Shown here piece by piece: positions 29,756 through 43,055 of a stretch of DNA of 64,000 nucleotides. Position 1 is the first letter of the stretch. Each line of letters begins with the position of its first letter. Made by a program: the position numbers and the translations under genes. The notes under the pieces are model-generated. The model was not told where the DNA came from. It did no database searches and worked only from the letters and a program-made list of their open reading frames with translations. Origin of the DNA: Eledone cirrhosa (taxonomy: Eukaryota); the NCBI GenBank assembly GCA_964016885.1, contig CAXHJY010000547.1:1-64000 (forward strand), in the 5' to 3' direction.

Positions 29756-29909
29756 TTAATCTGTTATTTTAATAAATGTATATGTATATATATATATATG
29801 TATATGTATATATATATATGTATATGTATATATGTATATGTATATATGTATATATGTATATGTATATATATATATGTATATATGTATATGTATATATATA
29901 TATGTATAT

Positions 29910-29959
<50 letters not shown>

Positions 29960-29960
29960 G

Positions 29961-30007
<47 letters not shown>

Positions 30008-30014
30008 GTATATG

Positions 30015-30080
<66 letters not shown>

Positions 30081-30118
30081 TGTATATGTATATATATATA
30101 TATGTATATATATATATG

Positions 30119-30163
<45 letters not shown>

Positions 30164-30406
30164 GTATATATGTATATGTATATATATGTATGTATATGTA
30201 GATATATATATGTATATATATATATGTATATGTATATATATGTATGTATATGTAGATATATATATGTATATATATGTATGTATATGTAGATATATATATG
30301 CATATATATGTATGTATATGTAGATATATATATGTATATATATATATATATATGTATATGTAGATATATATATGTATATATATATATATATGTATATGTA
30401 GATATA

Positions 30407-30445
<39 letters not shown>

Positions 30446-30561
30446 GTAGATATATATATATGTATATATATATATGTGTATATGTATATGTAGATATATA
30501 TATATGTATATATATATATGTGTATATGTATATATATATATATATATATATGTATAAATAT

Positions 30562-30870
30562 GAGAATAAACGTGCTGCGTGCTTGCAAATGGGTTACATA
30601 TTAATTAAGGTAGTCCTTCATCAGTGATCTTCCAACCATCATTGGTATTTCATCGCTTTAAAGACCATATACCTCTGGTTGGGACTTCTCGTTCTTCCTC
30701 ACTTTTCGTTGCTTCACCATCTTTGTTTGTTTAGACTCTCGCTGTTCCCTTTATTTACGTGACCCAACGACTTTTTTTAGCCGTTGCTTTCACCAACCAG
30801 AGGTATATGGTCTTTAAAGCGATGAAATACCAATGATGGTTGGAAGATCACTGATGAAGGACTAACTTTA

Positions 30871-30874
<4 letters not shown>
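30562..30874. mobile_element. Short fold-back element with perfect 72-bp inverted repeats
   Basis: 30611-30682 is the exact reverse complement of 30793-30864; each arm ends outward in CTGATGAAGGACTA. Confidence 0.7.
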
Positions 30875-30919
<45 letters not shown>

Positions 30920-31026
30920 ATATATGTATGTTTATGTATATGTATATATGTATATATATGTATGTTTATGTATATATATATATATGTATATATATATGTA
31001 TGTATATATATATATATGTATATATA

Positions 31027-32152
31027 TCATCATCATCATCATTTAACGTCCATATTCCACGCTTGCATGGGTTTGGACGGTAGTTTTCCCACTTGAGGCA
31101 AGAGTGGTTGTCTTGCTCCCATAGGACTGTCTGGCGGGTTTTCTACGGCTGGATGCCCTTCCTAACACCAACCACATTTACAGTGTGGAACTGGGAGGTT
31201 TTTACCGTGTTACCCTACACGGCCACATTACAGCGTGGACTGTGTGTTTTTTTGTCGTGACACCTACACGACCTCATTTGTTTCGGGCTGGATGTTGTGG
31301 TACCAACATAACTTTACATTGAAAGGGATGGTGTGGGGGTAGTGGGACGGGGGTGTATTTTGTTAGAGGCGCCTACTGACTGTAGTAGGTTTCACTTTGT
31401 ACTTAGGTAAGGCGGGTCTTCTCTATTACTGTGTAGCGCCAAAGATCTCGGTCCAGTGACAATATCTTGGAGAGGTGTAAGTGTGTGAGGTCGGAATTTA
31501 TCAAGTCGTCCCAGGTTTTTCTGGGTCTGCCTACTCCGTGGCTACTGTCTATTTTTATTGCCCTGCACTTTTTTATACAGCTGTCGTCTTTCATGCACAC
31601 CACGTGACCATACCAATGTAGTCTTCTCTCGAGTAAACAACATCTGATTCCTCTTATTTCTAATTTTTCCCTTAGTTCGATTATGCTTTGCTGTTCACGT
31701 ATATTACTATTACACATCCAGCGGAGCATGCAAGCTTCGTTCCTCTCCAGTCTGCGTATATCCTCTGCACACAATGCCCAGGTCTCACTGCCATGTAACA
31801 TTGCTGTTCGTATGCAGGCATCATACAACCTGCCTTTCATTTTTAGGGAGAACCCTTTAGCGGCCAATAGTGGTATAAGCTCTCTGAACTTTTTCCATCC
31901 AGTTCTGACTCTAGCTACTGTACTTTCAGAGCACCCTCCCCCACTGCTGATTTTGTCACCCAGGTAATGGAAGCTGTCCACTATTTCTATAGAACCATCT
32001 GTGCAATGGAATGAGCTAGTATTCTGTGGGCACTTGTTGCACCAGAGCACCGGCCACATATATAATCTATATTCTTAGTTAGCTTACCTGTGATACCACT
32101 ACATCTTTTATGCACCCATACTTTGCATTTGGGACATAAAACGGAGTTTCTA
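31027..32152 (-). mobile_element. 5'-truncated, frameshifted RTE A1 copy
   Basis: ORF pieces 31403-32059 and 31987-32150 match the RTE C-terminus; 3'UTR and (GAT)n tail present. Confidence 0.93.
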
Positions 32153-32173
32153 TGTATGTATATATATATATGT

Positions 32174-33299
32174 ATCACCACCCACCCATCCCCATGTGCC
32201 CACCACTCTCCACCCCTCCATCGACCCACACCCCTACCCAATCTCCACCCTCCACCTCACCCCTCACCACCCCTCCCTTCCCCCTCACACACCCAAACCC
32301 CACCACTTGTTCTCACCATACTCCCTGATCTCCCCCTCTCCGCACCTGAGCGCTCACTCCTTAGTAGATGCCTTCGCTTCATACCCCACACTCCACACAG
32401 CGACGAGTTCCGCACCCGAACGACCTCTACACGGCCGAAAACCTCAGGCAGCGCCGTAACCCCCTCTTCTACCGCCCTCTACCCTCCGATCCCACACCCC
32501 TCTACCAACAAGTTTCCTCCACCATCCAACAACTTGTCTCCTCCTCCCTCCTCCTTCCCACCGCTTCCCACCTCATCGACCGCACCCCCCGCACCCCACC
32601 ATCTACTTCCTCCCCAAACTGCACAAAACCCGACAACCCCGGCCGCCCCATCGTCTCCGCTTGCAACTGCCCCACCGAACTCATCGCCTTTCTCGACTCC
32701 ATCCTCGCCCCCCTTGTCACCACCCTCCCCTCCCTCATCTCCGACACCAACCATGCCCTACGCCTTTTCGACTCCTTCATCTACCCACTCGGCCCACAGC
32801 CCTTCCTCTTCACTCTAGACATCAAGTCCCTCTATACCATCATCCCCCACGCCGACGGCCTACGCGCCATCAAACACTACCTCGACCTTCGCCCCTCCCC
32901 CATTCCCTCCACCCCCACCCTCCTTCGCCTCGCCGAGCTGGTCCTCACCCTCAACTGTTTCTCCTTCTCGGGTGAGTTTTACCATCGGGGGTAGCCATGG
33001 GTACAAGAATGGGCCCAAACTATGCCAACCTTTTCACCACCTCTATCTCCACCACCCAAATCCACTTCTTAGACATCGCCGTTGCCTTCGACACCTCCCC
33101 ACCACTCCCTCGTCACCTCCCGCCTTCTTCAAACCCACCGACTCCCACCCTTACCTCGACTTCACCTCTTCTCACCCCACACACACTAAACACTCTATTC
33201 CCTACTCCCAACTCCTCAGGATCCGCCGCCTCTGTAGCCGAGATGCCGACTTTGAGTCCCAGGCCCTTTCCCTAGTCAGCCATTTCATCCGCAGAGGCT

Positions 33300-33332
<33 letters not shown>

Positions 33333-35546
33333 ATCCACACCGCTCTCACCCGTGCCCGCGCTGTCCACCGCACCACCACCCTCACCCCACGCCACCGCAC
33401 ACCCACCCACCATCTCCCCTTCCCCATCACCTACCACCCCTCCACATACCCCTCCACCGCACCATCCTTCGCCTCTTCCGACACCTCCAGTCCGACCCCT
33501 CCACCTCCAACATCTTCCCAGCCCCACCACTCCCCTCCTTCAAACGCGCACGAGCAATCTCCGCACCCTCCTCGTCCACAGCTCCCTACTCCCCAACCCA
33601 GGCCCTCTTACCCCTCCCCCCGGTTCGTTTCCCTGTTCTCGGCCCCGCTGCAACACCTGTCCCCACATCACCAACACCACCACCTTCTAGGGTCCCAACG
33701 GCCACTCTCTGTCCGGCATGCCTTCCGCTGCACCTCCTCCAACCTAGACTACGGACTTCGCTGCACGGAGTGCAGCGCGACTTACGTCGGACAGACTGGA
33801 CGTCGCCTGGCTGACAGATTTACTGAGCACCTCCGGGATATTCGTCTCGGTGGTAGTTCCCCCATCGCCCGCCACTTTGGTGCCCCTGGACATTCCGCAC
33901 GCCATCTCATAGTCTGTGGCCTACTCCAATGCCACGGAACACCCGCCAATCTCCTAAGAGTTGAACAACGAACCATCTTCATCTTACAGACCCACACTCC
34001 CCCCGGCCTGAACTCCCCACTCTTATTCCTTTAGCCTTCGACCGCCCCCCTCCCCCCACACATATCCCCCACTAACACACCCCTCCTTTTCACCGCCCAC
34101 CCCACATCCGACCACCCTTCCCCAACTAACATACTAACTTCCCTCCCTTCTCCCCCCCCCCCCTCCATATCACACGCACACACCCACCGGCACATATATA
34201 CACGCGCTCACACTAAACACACACCCTACTACCACTACTAACCCTCACCCCCACACATCCACCCCACTACCCCGCAACTAACATCACTAACACCCCCTGA
34301 CCTCAAGCACACGAACACGCACACCCACTTACACCACCTACCCTACACGCAACTAACATCACTAACACCCCCAACCCTACGCACGTACACACACACCCTC
34401 TTACTCCACCCACTCTACACCCTTCCACCACTGACTCCCACTCACACCCGCATTCAACCCTGTCTCCACCTCCTGTATACTAACACCCCCTTCACCAAAC
34501 ACACACACCAGTACACTACACTCCCTCCATCGGCCACCCACACCCTTCTCTCCCCGCTCCACCTACACCCTTTCTCCAACACTCACTCATCCCACTAACA
34601 CCTACTAATACACACACACCCCCTCCTCACTCCAACTTTCACACCTACCCATCCTCTCCCCTGTCCACCGCACACACTGACACACCTTCACTTAACATTC
34701 TACCCTACTGCTGCTATGCCCTCTGACCACCTCCCCGCACACACAGACACACAACACTCCTCCTGCCTTGACCCTCTGACCACTTCCTGTTGTGCGTGCA
34801 CCCCACATCTCCCCTCTTCCGACCAATCTCTTCACGGATTACACATATGTGAACCTTGATCCCGGAATCCACCACATCCCAGGATTTACTCAGCATTCCA
34901 CCACATCTTTTTACGGAATTACCTTTATGATTCACCCACACACACACCCCCAAAAAAATGTTTTCCCACATGCCACCTACACCCACAGCACGCATAAACA
35001 CCACACACACACGTGCGTACACCACATATTTACACATTCAGCCTCCGGAATCCTCTCCCCCCACCCCTCTATCCACACACGCACACACACTCCGACCTAC
35101 ACCCCACCCCACACACACCTCTTCCTGAACATGCAACCCCGTTCTTCCCCAACCCTTGCTTTCACATACACACGTACACCTACACACACCACACCACCTT
35201 CAGCCCTCCCCGCTCGGAGACCCCGTCTCCCTCTCCCACTCCAGCCGCCACCACCCCTACACGCCCCACACCCTTCCACCACCTGTTTTACCCCATTTTA
35301 ATTTTATTTTGATCATGCCTTTATTTTTAATTTCATTTGCACCGTTTCCTCTCACCCCCTTTTTGCTATATGTCTCACCACCACTCCCCTACACACCCTT
35401 TGAACTCTCTTCCCACACACTTTTCACCTGAAGAAGGGCTTATGCCCGAAACGTCGTTCCCCACCACCACCCCACTCTCAAGAGCGTGAAATTAATAAAC
35501 ATTTGTTTGTACTGCCTCTCTGTTTTGTTCCCGTTCAATTTTTCAT

Positions 35547-35548
<2 letters not shown>
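32174..35548 (+). mobile_element. Decayed Penelope-like element, Neptune-like, very C-rich
   Basis: Frameshifted RPIVSAC, TLDIKSLYT, MGTRMGPNYANLF, FLDI, KPTD..YL..SSHP, SIPYSQLLRIRRLCS, PCSRPRCNTC linker, YVGQTGRRLADRFTEH...PGLN. The catalytic YxDD region is deleted. Confidence 0.88.
35426..35457 (+). ncRNA. Minimal hammerhead motif in the Neptune-like pseudo-LTR
   Basis: CTGAAGA-A-GGGC-TTAT-GCCC-GAAAC-GTC with palindromic ACGT as stem III; stem I is weak. Confidence 0.7.
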
Positions 35549-35582
<34 letters not shown>

Positions 35583-35585
35583 TAT

Positions 35586-38500
35586 GTTTTGCGAGGTTTT
35601 TTTATATGAAATCGTGTGTCGAAACAAATATTGTTATACTTGGGGAGGGTCATATTTGTGTAATATTGCCAGAATTAATAACAGAACACACTCACTGTTT
35701 GGTTGGTTTTCGCTTCTAGCTGTCTTTTATATCGGTAATCCGCTTCTTAAAACACTGTTTCCTCCAAAACATACACAACAAACATATCAAAACAAGTAAA
35801 TAATTTATTATTGAACAAAACACAAGCCGAACGACTAAAACACACAATAACAGTTAATATGAAAAGAACAACATACACAAAAGTCAACGCACTCTACAGA
35901 CAGAAACGCATTAACGGTAAGGAAATCCGAAATTTCATCACAGCAAACGAGAGAGATAACTTCATGAGCGTCATCCGACGTGAAACGAAATACGCTCGAA
36001 ACGAATGCAATAGGCATTTCAATAAGAAATTAGAATGGATGAACAAGAAAAAACTACAAGAAAGAAAAACCGAATATTCTCAAAAATACCCAGATAACAT
36101 CGACAATATCCGTATGACTGAGGTAAAACTACCGGAAGAATTTACCAATGACCACACAGTAAATATCTATGGGAACACTTTAATCAGTGAACAAGAACAA
36201 CAAATCCTGCGACTACCACCAAGATTTGCCATCTACAAAAAGATTAACCCTATGGAGTGCAAAACGGAGCTGGAAAAGTGTTTCACAAAAATACGTTGGA
36301 ATGCAAAGGTAAACAACAACAACAATAATAACGGTAGTAGTAATATAAACAATAACTCTGAGTATAGAAATAACAGCCATAACTATAACAATAGCAGGAA
36401 AGTGAGAAATAGTGATAATGGTAATAATACTAGCAATAGACAGAACAACAACAACCACAATAATAATAATAATAGAAACATTAACCACAGACACAGCAAC
36501 AGCGACCACAGTAGTAATAACGGTAACAATACGAACAACAACAACAACAATAACCACAGTGGTAATAATGGAAATAGTACATGTAGCAACATCAATGATA
36601 GACACAACAAAAACAAGAAACATAATAAAAGTAACAACCACAATGGTAGAAATAACAGTAACAACAACAACAATAACGGTGAAGTAAACAACAATACATC
36701 TAGCAATCATAACAATAATAGTAATGCTAATGATAGAAACAACAACCACCACCATGATAACAACAATAGCAACACACACAACTATGACGATAGATATAAT
36801 GACAACCCCTTAGAGAAACTATTTTTCAACCCAGCTGACAAAACATATAAGATGGGTAATATCTATCCTACGAGGTTACCCTTTAATAAAAGAGTTTGCA
36901 TACCACAACAAATAGATGACGAGACAGGCACAGTTCACCATAGCTAGAAATAAGATTAGACAAATAGTAGACAGGTATACTAAGAGACAGAGCAGACCAG
37001 AGGCCCAACAACTTGGGAGGAAACCTGTAGAAGGCTTGGTTAGCCTCAAGCAGCGCACAAGGGATGGTGAGGTAGTGTGTCTACCCACGGATAAGTCTGG
37101 TAGGATGTCAATAGATAGCATGCCGAACTACATCGAGGCTATGCAACCCCACATCACCAACACGAGCGAAATTGCACAACAAACAAACGATGGGAGAGAA
37201 AAAATCCTCAACGCTCACATGATGATGTGAACTGACATCCTAAAGCCAAGCAGACGCACTGCCAACAACTTCCAGGCGCCTAACAATGGCATACCGCCCT
37301 TGTATGGGCTCCGCAAAGACCACAAGACAGTCGACGACCCGACAACAGGACCACCAACAAGACCCGTATGCGGAGCTAATATAGCTAGCAACTACAGGAT
37401 CTCCTACTTCCTCTCAATGGTTATACGCCCCATAATCAAGATGTCCCCAGATGTATTTGACAGTACAGAGGACCTCCTCAGCAGAATCAGTGACTACCTA
37501 GACAGCCATGACCTTAGATGTTTCTGCCCTAGTAGACCTATAAGAGGTAGACCCCCCACCATAACCTCAATGGCAAAAAAGATTCCCATGGGAAGGTGGA
37601 TTGGGTGGACCAAAGCTATACGGACCCCCCAAAACAATGATCAATTAAGAAAAATGGTCGCACATGCAATAGGGGCTAGTATCAAAACTACCCTAAAGGG
37701 CCCCATATTTAAGTTCAATGAGAAAATCTACACCCAAAATGAGGGAGCAGCCATCGGCGTCAGGATAGCTGGTGATGTTGCCAACCTTTTCATGGTATGG
37801 TGGGAAAGGAGACTTAAAGATCTCCTTAATGAAAGCTCCATAGACCTCATCATGTACTCTCGTTATGTAGACGATATCAATATAGTTATAAGAACACCCC
37901 CACTAGAGAGCACTAGCAAGTTTGATTTAGAACGTAGCACGATGGAAAGCATCCAGCAGATAGCTAATTCCATACACCAGAGTATAACTGTAACTATCGA
38001 CTTCCCTTCCAAAAACCCTAACAATAGACTACCTGTATTAGACACAGAACTCTGGATTAACACTATAGACGAGAGAGCCCAAATTCTCCACTCACACTGC
38101 TAAACCCATGGCCTCCAAATACCTGATACTCAAAAACTCAGCAATGTCCAGTAGTGCTAAGTTTAATATTCTGATCGCAGATTTGGTACGAGTGATGAAG
38201 AATGTGTCCCGCATGTGCGACCCAACAGAAATGGAAAAACACATCCAACACTTCATCAACCGCATGCAGTTCTCTGGCTACAACCAAAGAGACAAAGTCA
38301 GAGTATACGAAGGAGCCATGGAAAAGTATAAGACCCTCATAGAACTGGACATGAAAGGAATTTGCCCATTATACAGGAGCAAATCATGGAATAGCTTAGA
38401 TAGGGCTAGACATAAGATAGGGAAAGCCACCTCATGGTACGACAACCAGAGATACCAGAGTGTCATGTTTGTGGACGCCACCCCTGGAGGGAAATTAGCT

Positions 38501-39475
38501 AACCAGTGTAGAAAGGCCCTGAGAAAGACCCACTTAAAAATAAAGGTGGTAGAAAAGCCAGGAACCACCATAAAATCCCTGATCAGCAAAACCTACCCTT
38601 TTAAGAAAACCCACTGTACCAATAGGAAATGTATCATATGTAAGGTGAACCCCCGGATAAACTGTAAAACTAGAAACGTAGTCTATAGCATAAGATGTAC
38701 AGAGGGTACTTGCAGAAACATGACAACAATATACATAGGTGAGACAGCTCGAAGCATAGGTGAAAGGATAGACCTACACTGGGGGGAACTAAAAGGACGA
38801 AAAAACGGGTCAGTACTATATGAACATGCTAGACAACAACATGACGGTAACATAGACAGCATAGAAATTAGAATAATATCTAAACATAGAAATGACCCAG
38901 CAGATAGGCAAATCAGAGAGGCCAGTGAAATAGAAATTAGAAGACCAAAGCTAAACAGAAAGAATGAATGGAATAACAACAACACCCAAACAAACAACAC
39001 TGACCTAAGAGAAGTATAAATAAGTAAATAAAATAAGATAAATAAATAAATACATACACAAGCACATAAACACACACTAGTCACCCATCACACAACAAAC
39101 ATAACACTATACACACACGCAAACGCATGCGCAAAGAAAACAAAATAAAACAAACAAACAAGCAAATAAATAAATAAATAAATATATAGACAGACTGAAT
39201 AAAAATGGCGTAGACATACAACACAACAGGAGGAAAATATAACACCACTGACGATGTTGCAGATGTGCAACGAAAGATTTATGATAAACTATATATATGT
39301 GTTTGTGTCTATATTGTATCTGTATTATTTTTTGACCGTCGGTCAGTCAATGGCAACATTGAGGACCGAGTAAGTTAGATTACCGATATAAAAGACACAG
39401 AAGCGAGAAGCGAAAACCAACCAAACAGTGAGTGTGTTCTGGCAATATTACACAAATATGACCCTCCCCAAGTAT
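35586..39475 (+). mobile_element. Decayed Penelope-like element of a third clade (Nematis-like, tentative) with inverted terminal segment
   Basis: TDKSG, RKDHK..RPVCG, RYVDD, LPVLD, PMAS, VVYSIRC..IYIGET. About 35636-35740 is inverted relative to about 39379-39475. Several frameshifts and stops. Confidence 0.85.
39248..39275 (+). ncRNA. Partial hammerhead core in the third PLE's pseudo-LTR
   Basis: CTGACGA-T-GTTGCA-GATG-TGCAAC-GAAA; stems I and III could not be assigned by eye. Confidence 0.45.
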
Positions 39476-39486
39476 ATATATATATG

Positions 39487-39701
<215 letters not shown>

Positions 39702-39926
39702 GTATATATATATGTATATATATATGTATATATATATGTATATATATATATATGTATATATATATGTATATATATATATATGTATATATATATGTATATA
39801 TATATATGTATATATATATATATGTATATATATATGTATATATATATGTATATATATATGTATATATATATATATGTATATATATATGTATATATATATA
39901 TATGTATATATATATGTATATATATG

Positions 39927-40075
<149 letters not shown>

Positions 40076-40134
40076 GTGTATATATATATATGTGTATATA
40101 TATATATGTATATGTATATATATGTATATATATG

Positions 40135-40189
<55 letters not shown>

Positions 40190-40216
40190 GTGTATATATA
40201 TATATATATGTATAAG

Positions 40217-41094
40217 TGTTGATGAGTAGAAAAGAGGACAAAACCCTGATTCCGTCAGGGAAATGGCCATGTTCGATATGCAGAAAAGGAACTGGCATAA
40301 ATTCTATAAAATGCACACAATGTAGGTCCTGGGTACACAAGAGATGTAGCGGGATAGCAGGCAAACTAACAGGTAGGGAGAAATATGTATGCAGTAGATG
40401 TACAGGGAAATTAGACAGAAGTCGCACTGATAGACACATTTTTCAAATGCGAGAGGGCGCTATAGAAGTGGTGGATAGCTTCCGGTACCTAGGAGATCAG
40501 ATTAGCATGGGAGGAGGGTGTTCCGAGGCCATAGTATCTAGAATAAGGACGGGTTGGAAGAAGTTTAGGGAGCTGCTTCCTCTGTTGACGAAGAAGGGTT
40601 TCTCCCTGCATACGAAAGGCCGGTTGTATGATGCCTGTGTGAGGAGCGCGATGCTGCATGGTAGTGAGACATGGGCAGCTACCGCAGAAGATATGCGACG
40701 GCTGGAGAGAAATGAGGCAAGCATGCTCCGTTGGATGTGCAGTGTAAATGTGCGTGAACGACCCAGCATAAATGTGTTGAGAGAGAAACTGTGTCTGAGA
40801 GGGATAGAATGTAGTGTACGGGAGAGGAGACTGAGGTGGTATGGACATGTGATGCGCATGGAGGATGACCGATGGGTGAAGAAGTGCCAGGAAATGCCAG
40901 TTGAAGGAAGACGTAGTAGAGGTAGACCACGAAAAACATGGGCGGAGGTGGTGAGAACAGACCTCAGATCATTGAAGCTCACGGTGGAGATGACGAGGGA
41001 CCGTGACGAGTGGAGAGATGCTGTGCTGAATAAGACCCGTCCCACCCTTGCAAGCAGGGAAAAGCGGACGTAAAATGATGATGATGATGATGAT
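40217..41094 (+). mobile_element. 5'-truncated RTE subfamily B (PHD-like finger + RT C-terminus, almost no 3'UTR)
   Basis: Open frame 40216-41073 with [30 protein letters not shown]; the stop is followed directly by (ATG)n. Confidence 0.94.
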
Positions 41095-41104
41095 ATATAT
41101 GTAT

Positions 41105-41154
<50 letters not shown>

Positions 41155-41169
41155 GTATATATATATGTA

Positions 41170-41575
41170 TATATAATATTAAATAAATGGAAAACTATAT
41201 TTATAAAACCATATTTATTTCATTATATATATTTCGGGGATATCATATTAACAATATGCTATGCCTTCATCAGACAAAATACAATATAAACAGTTTTATA
41301 GATAAATATATTCGACATACCGTAATAAACATCAACTTCATTTGGAGAGGTTTACGCTAGCAGTGAAAATACAGAGAGAAAGAAAGAGAGAAAGAAAAGA
41401 GGGAAAAAAGAAAGAAAGAAAGACAGAACGAAGAGAAGGAAGAAAAAGAAAAAGAAGAAAAAAAGAAAAAGAAGAAATATTGTAAATATACTCCAAATAT
41501 TTGTCGAGTGCTTTTATATCAGTTATAAATATTTACTAGTTGTAACCCAACAATTTTAAATATAACTTTACATAT
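41170..41575 (-). mobile_element. Isolated AT-rich pseudo-LTR-like fragment with hammerhead
   Basis: Unique sequence between TA arrays containing the HHR at 41217-41280. Confidence 0.55.
41217..41280 (-). ncRNA. Type I hammerhead motif
   Basis: Minus strand: stem I ATTTTGT/ATGAAAT; CTGATGA; stem II with CATATT/AATATG; CGAAA; AT-ATAT-AT minimal palindromic stem III; AUA triplet. Confidence 0.7.
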
Positions 41576-41578
41576 ATG

Positions 41579-41646
<68 letters not shown>

Positions 41647-41848
41647 TGTGTCTATATATATGTGTCTATATATGTATATGTGTGTATATATATGTATGTA
41701 TATATATATGTGTATGTATGTATGTATATATATGTATATATATGTGTGTATGTATATATATGTATGTGTGTGTATGTGTGTATATATTGAAGTGTGTTAT
41801 AGAGGTTCATTGTCTCATATTGCAGAACATCAGATAGTGTGGTTACAG

Positions 41849-42485
41849 CACCACAACTACCACCACTACCATCACCATCATCACCACCACCATCACTACC
41901 ACCACTACCATCACCATCATCACCACCACCATCACCATCATCACCACCACCACTACCACCATCACCACCATCACTACCACCACCATCACCATCACTATCA
42001 CTACCACCATCACCACCACCACTACCACCATCACCACCACCACTACCACCATCACCACCACCACTACCACCATCACCACCACCACTACCACCATCACCAC
42101 CACTACCACCACCACTATCACCACCACCACTACCACTACCACTACCACCATCACTACCACTACCACCATCACTACCACTACCACCATCACTACCACCACC
42201 ACCATCACTACCACTACCACCACCACTACCACCACCACTACCACCACCATCATCACTACCACCACCATCACCATCATTACCATCACCATCACCATCATCA
42301 CTACTACCATCACCTTCACCTTCACCACCATTATCACTACCATCACCATCACTACCACCATCACCATCATCACTACCACCATCACCACCACCACCACCAT
42401 CACCACCACCATCATCACCATCACTACTATCATCATCTTCATCACCATCATTATTGTCATCACAACCACTGTCATCATTACCATT
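41849..42485. repeat. Degenerate (CAC/CAT/TAC)n trinucleotide array
   Basis: Directly visible; gives spurious poly-His, poly-Pro and poly-Val ORFs. Confidence 0.95.
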
Positions 42486-42677
42486 GATATGACTGATTTA
42501 ATGTCTATATTTCCATGCTGGCATGGGTTAGACATGTTGTCCTATTATGGGACAAGTCAGATGACTGAAGGTGTGAACTGTAAATTTCACTTTTTAGTAA
42601 ATTAGGGTTTAAAAGGTGGTTTTCTAAATCAGTGGTGGGGGTGGGTGCAAGAGGGGACTGGGCTAAAGTTGTGAAGT

Positions 42678-43055
42678 TAGAGTATTTGCTAAATAAGTGT
42701 TGTTAGAGAGTAATTATCAAATAAGTGTTGTTAGAGAGTAATTATCAAATAAGTGTTGTTAGAGAGTAATTATCAAATAAGTGTTGTTAGAGAGTACTTG
42801 TCAAATAAGTAGAGTTAGAGAGTACTTGTCAAATAAGTGGAGTTAGAGAGTACTCGTCAAATAAGTAGAGTTAGAGAGTAATTATCAAATACGTGGAGTT
42901 AGAGAGTACTTGCTAAATAAGTGGAGTTAGAGAGTACTTGTCAAATAAGTAGAGTTAGAGAGTACTTGTCAAATAAGTGGAGTTAGAGAGTACTTGTCAA
43001 ATAAGTGGAGTTAGAGAGTACTTGTCAAACAAGTGGAGTTAGAGAGTACTTGTTA
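42678..43055. repeat. 28-bp minisatellite, ~13 copies
   Basis: Unit approximately GTTAGAGAGTACTTGTCAAATAAGTGGA. Confidence 0.93.

Larger units (their letters stand above)
26482..29777 (+). mobile_element. Penelope-like element, Naiad-like clade, essentially complete
   Basis: RT + GIY-YIG frame; ~45-bp terminal direct repeat (26482-26526 / 29733-29777); variant hammerhead in the 3' pseudo-LTR. Confidence 0.88.

Noticed and set aside
41576-42535. Poly-His, extensin-like poly-Pro and poly-Val proteins
   Set aside because: Frames of a trinucleotide repeat with no gene context.
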